Shown: piece after piece, positions 7,550 through 10,939 of the stretch
How positions within the stretch are numbered: position 1 is the first letter of the stretch
Layout: each line of letters opens with the position of its first letter
NCBI GenBank assembly: GCA_965205655.1
Contig: CBDBIJ010000003.1
Coordinates: 1-10,939 of the forward strand
Direction of reading: 5' to 3'
Source of the DNA: Candidatus Latescibacterota bacterium
GTDB lineage: Bacteria; Latescibacterota; UBA2968; UBA8231
Length of the DNA stretch: 10,939 nt
Made by a program: the position numbers and the translations under genes
The notes under the pieces: generated by a model
The model's database searches: none
The model's input: only the letters and a program-made list of their open reading frames with translations
Told to the model about the DNA's origin: nothing

Positions 7550-8515
7550 TTACCGCTCTTTCCTTTCGAGGTTCAGCCAGTCCGCCTCCGCATCGGTGAG
7601 CTCGATTTCAAGGGCTCTCACGTTGCTGCGGAGTTCCTCGGTCGTGCGGGGGCCGATGAGGGCGAAGATCTCGTAGGGCTGGCGCAGGATCCACGCCACG
7701 GCGATCTGCGCCACCGCGACGCCCTTCTCATTCGCGAGCTCGGTGGCGCGGTCGAGACGCTGGAAGTTCGGCTCGCGACAGTAGGCGGTGACGGCCACCG
7801 GCATCGCCTCTTGCATACTCTGATAGTTGTCGCGTCTGATCAGCCCGGACAGAAAACCGCCGGACAGACTTGACCAGCTGAAGAGCGGCATGCGGGTGCG
7901 CTTGTACCAGTCGCGTTCCGCCGCCCGCTCGTCGCCGGTAATCGTCAGACACCCGCGCCAGGGCTCCTCGAAGCGCACGGCCAGGCTCACGTTCGGACTG
8001 CTTGCGGCGAATGGAGAAAGGCCGTGTTTGTCAGCGTACTCGTTGGCCTCCTCGATGCGATCGGAAGTCCAGTTGGAGCCGCCCACGGCGCGAACGCGGT
8101 TGGCGGCAAGGTGCTCGTTGAGGGTATCGACGATCGGGCCGACCTCGACGCCGACATTGTCGCGGTGCAGTAGATACAGATCGATGTAGTCGCTGCGGTG
8201 CCGCGCCAGAGAATCGAACAGATCGGCGGTTATGTCGAAAGGCGTCACCCTGTCCCTGTCGGCGTTGCGGTGCCCACCTTTACCTATGACGACGACATCC
8301 TCCCGGTTACCGCGCGCCTCGAACCACTGGCCGAGAGCACGATCCGGCGACCCACCAGCGTAGCTGGCACCCGTATCGAAGCAGTTGATCCCAGCCGCGA
8401 CGGCGGCATCGAGTAGCTCAAATCCCTCCTCCGGTTCATCCTCTCGCAGCATGATCGTACCCAGCGCGAGCCGCGAGATCGGCTTATCGATTCCCCTTAC
8501 GTTTCCGAATTGCAT
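7550..8515 (-). CDS. Aldo/keto reductase
   Basis: 321 aa; ISRLALGT, GINCFDTGASY (Asp/Tyr), VIGKGGH (Lys), SLARHRSDYIDLYLLHRD (His), GGSNW, AQIAVAW, IGPRTTEEL. Confidence 0.93.
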   Translation of the reverse strand: MQFGNVRGIDKPISRLALGTIMLREDEPEEGFELLDAAVAAGINCFDTGASYAGGSPDRALGQWFEARGNREDVVVIGKGGHRNADRDRVTPFDITADLFDSLARHRSDYIDLYLLHRDNVGVEVGPIVDTLNEHLAANRVRAVGGSNWTSDRIEEANEYADKHGLSPFAASSPNVSLAVRFEEPWRGCLTITGDERAAERDWYKRTRMPLFSWSSLSGGFLSGLIRRDNYQSMQEAMPVAVTAYCREPNFQRLDRATELANEKGVAVAQIAVAWILRQPYEIFALIGPRTTEELRSNVRALEIELTDAEADWLNLERKER

Positions 8516-8528
8516 TTCGGGTCGCGCT

Positions 8529-9512
8529 CTATTCCATCGGGTACTTCAGACCCCAGTGTTGGCGGAGGCGGTCCATGATTCCCATGATGGCGCGGCTCTC
8601 GTCGAGGGGCATGATATCGCTTTCGAGCTTGCCTTCGCGCATGCACGTCATCACCTCGTTCCCCTGGTAACCGTAGCCCGTGCCGTCAGTCCTGAGCTCC
8701 AGTCGCTCCTCGCGGCCGCCCGCCTGGAGTGTGGCTGTCGTGCAGGAGATGTACGGCGGGTGGATGACGATGGTTCCCTCCGTGCCGATGATGCACGTCT
8801 CCTGGAGTGTGGCGGCGCGAATATCACCGGTGATGATGCCGAGTCGGCCATCGCCGTAGCCGAGGATGGCGGCGAACTGCTCGTCGACGCCGGATGATCC
8901 CATCGTGGCCATGGCTTCGATCCGATCGGGGTGGGCGCCCAACACCATGCAAACGAAGGAGAGCGGATAGATGCCGATGTCGAGAAGCGAGCCGCCGCCG
9001 AGCTCGAGATCGAAGAGACGACATTGCGGATCAAAACTTGCCCGGAAACCGATGTCTGCTTTGACCATCCGGACATCGCCGACAGCTCCCTCGGCGAGCC
9101 AATATCTCACCTGAGCAACAATGGGCAGGAAACGCATCCACATCGCCTCCATGAGGAAGATGCTCTCGCGGTGCGCCACCGCAATGAGCTCGTCGGCTTC
9201 CGCTGCGTTGATCGTGAAGGGCTTCTCGCACAACACCGCCTTGCCGGCCTCGAGGCAAAGGATCGAATTATCTCTGTGAAAAGGATGCGGGGTAGCTACG
9301 TAGACGACATCGACATCGGCATCGTCGGCCAAGGCCTCGTAGGAGGCATGGCGGTGAGGAATGTCGAATTCATCGGCGAATGCGTCGGCCGAGTCGGCGG
9401 CGCGCGAACCGACGGCGGCAAGCCGGGCATCAGGCAGTGCCGCGAGCGCGGCGGCAACAACGTGGGCGATCTTTCCGGTCCCGAGAATGCCCCAGCGGAT
9501 CGGTTCGGTCAT
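8529..9512 (-). CDS. Gfo/Idh/MocA family oxidoreductase (dihydrodiol / D-xylose dehydrogenase-like)
   Basis: 327 aa; IRWGILGTGKIA, DVDVVYVATPHPFH, VLCEKPF, LMEAMWMRF, LGGGSLLDIGIY. Confidence 0.93.
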   Translation of the reverse strand: MTEPIRWGILGTGKIAHVVAAALAALPDARLAAVGSRAADSADAFADEFDIPHRHASYEALADDADVDVVYVATPHPFHRDNSILCLEAGKAVLCEKPFTINAAEADELIAVAHRESIFLMEAMWMRFLPIVAQVRYWLAEGAVGDVRMVKADIGFRASFDPQCRLFDLELGGGSLLDIGIYPLSFVCMVLGAHPDRIEAMATMGSSGVDEQFAAILGYGDGRLGIITGDIRAATLQETCIIGTEGTIVIHPPYISCTTATLQAGGREERLELRTDGTGYGYQGNEVMTCMREGKLESDIMPLDESRAIMGIMDRLRQHWGLKYPME

Positions 9513-9522
9513 GACGCGCGCC

Positions 9523-10107
9523 TCATTGTCCGAGTTGCGAGCGCACGCCCCGCCATCGCGCCGCCATATCTATACGGTTGATGACAGGCCGAAATCCGAT
9601 CTCGAAATAGATCTTGATAGCCGGCCACCGATCGTCGTCGGTGTACAAGACAACGGATTCGTAGTCATTCTCGAAGAGATACTCCATGACCGCCACCGTC
9701 GTCAGCTTGCCCAGTCGGCGACCCCGAAACTCTGGCAAGCAGACGACGAAATCGATAGCGCCTAGGCGCGGCTCGAGGCGATAGCGAGACGCAAACGTAG
9801 CGGCCACAAGCTCACCGTCACGCTCGACGAGATGCGATCCCTTCTTGCGCTCCGGCTCGTCCATGAATTCGTCGTAGTGTCGCCTGGTCCACTTGCCGAA
9901 CCCTGCTCCGTGGATGAGGTCGATCCAGCTCTCTTCGTCTCCGGGTCGGTAGGTGCGCATGCTGTAGCCGGCGGGCAACACCGGCCGCTGGAGACAACAC
10001 TCCGATCGGTAGGCCACCATCATGAGCTGCTTCAGCGGTAGTTCGCGAAAGTCCGGATGGATCCCGGACGGCGCCGGGCGCAACCGGCGCAAGAAGCGGA
10101 GCGGCAT
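9523..10107 (-). CDS. GNAT family N-acetyltransferase
   Basis: LPAGYSMRTYRPGDE, acetyl-CoA motif VVCLPEFRGRRLGK, LYTDDDRWPAIKIYFEIGF. Start placed at ATG 10107, 14 nt after the purL stop; a later start near LKQLMM is possible. Confidence 0.85.
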   Translation of the reverse strand: MPLRFLRRLRPAPSGIHPDFRELPLKQLMMVAYRSECCLQRPVLPAGYSMRTYRPGDEESWIDLIHGAGFGKWTRRHYDEFMDEPERKKGSHLVERDGELVAATFASRYRLEPRLGAIDFVVCLPEFRGRRLGKLTTVAVMEYLFENDYESVVLYTDDDRWPAIKIYFEIGFRPVINRIDMAARWRGVRSQLGQ

Positions 10108-10121
10108 AGGCTGGAAGTTCC

Positions 10122-10939
10122 CTAGGCCTCCCGACTGAATCTGTGGGCGTTGTCGAACAGCTGCAGCCAGGGGCTGAACTCGTCCGAGCTCCAATCGTCG
10201 GGGCGCCACGAGAGCTGCACGTTGCGGAAGACGCGCTCGGGATGGGGCATCATGACGGTGACGCGGCCGTCGGCGCTGGCAAGCGCAGTGACCCCTCCCG
10301 GCGAGCCATTCGGATTGAGGGGGTAGCGTTCGGTCACACGTCCGTGGTTGTCGACGTAGCGGGCGCTGATCTGTCCGTTTTCACCCAGCGCTTTCAGGTC
10401 ACCCTCGTCGGCGAACACGGCTCGACCCTCGCCGTGAGCGACGGCGATGGGCAGGCGGGAACCCGCCATGCCCGAAAACAGCACCGAGGAGCTCTCGAGG
10501 ATTTCCACCGTGACGAGGCGGGCCTCGAACTGTTCCGATCTATTCCGCACAAAGCGAGGCCAGCCATCTGTGCCGGGGATGAGCTCCCGCAAGAGCGAAA
10601 GCATCTGGCAACCGTTGCAGACGCCGAGGGCGAAGCTGTCGGGTCGTTCGAAGAAAGCGGCAAACTGTTCTCGCAGCGAATCGTCGAAAAGGATCGTCCG
10701 AGCCCAACCGGCGCCTGCTCCGAGCACGTCGCCGTAACTGAAGCCGCCACACGCGGCCAGTCCCTGGAAGCGGCTCAATCCGGTGCGGCCGGCTATGAGG
10801 TCAGTCATGGTGAGATCCACGGCTTCGAAACCGGCGGCGTCGAAGGCGGCGGCCATCTCCACGTGGCCGTTGATCCCCTGCTCCCGCAAGATCGCCACCC
10901 GGGGGTGAGTGTCGCCCAGGGAGGCCGAGGAGCCGCGGG
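10122..10939 (-). CDS. purL: Phosphoribosylformylglycinamidine synthase, large single-chain type; C-terminal glutaminase domain (5' part outside window)
   Basis: [47 protein letters not shown] (catalytic Cys), [32 protein letters not shown]. The frame stays open to the window edge ([14 protein letters not shown]), so the GTG at 10898 is internal. Confidence 0.96.
   Translation of the reverse strand, partial: RGSSASLGDTHPRVAILREQGINGHVEMAAAFDAAGFEAVDLTMTDLIAGRTGLSRFQGLAACGGFSYGDVLGAGAGWARTILFDDSLREQFAAFFERPDSFALGVCNGCQMLSLLRELIPGTDGWPRFVRNRSEQFEARLVTVEILESSSVLFSGMAGSRLPIAVAHGEGRAVFADEGDLKALGENGQISARYVDNHGRVTERYPLNPNGSPGGVTALASADGRVTVMMPHPERVFRNVQLSWRPDDWSSDEFSPWLQLFDNAHRFSREA

Noticed and set aside
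10122..10898. Stand-alone PurQ starting at 10898
   Set aside because: The frame is open to the window edge and the motifs (AILREQG.NG, AHGEGR, W.P..W...SPW) are those of the fused large PurL.
1..10939. CRISPR arrays, tRNA/rRNA, IS or integrase genes, defence systems, RiPP precursor peptides
   Set aside because: No periodic repeats or such motifs were seen, and intergenic gaps (at most about 60 nt) leave no room for them.

Overview
GC-rich, densely coding bacterial window with no recognisable RNA genes, CRISPR arrays or mobile elements. Minus strand, right to left: 3' part of a large single-chain purL, a GNAT acetyltransferase, a Gfo/Idh/MocA oxidoreductase and an aldo-keto reductase. A second minus-strand run follows: lipoprotein glutaminyl cyclase, moaB, a uronate-dehydrogenase-like SDR, a secreted M28 peptidase (CARDB-like plus YPNPF C-terminal domain), and a secreted HEXXH zincin (1..1608) that the ORF track misses because it runs off the window. 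The only plus-strand unit is a degraded endonuclease V (nfi) remnant whose stop overlaps the TTG start of an M20 peptidase. The most unusual feature is the 5857-6187 junction: nfi has lost its N-terminus and has a clean in-frame internal deletion of about 60 codons, and it sits head-to-head with the glutaminyl cyclase gene with almost no promoter space. A tandem pair of secreted metallopeptidases with T9SS/FlgD-like tails in a peptide-processing-rich neighbourhood is the best candidate for an uncharacterised system. I cannot show a novel system from the sequence alone, and most of the window is ordinary metabolism.
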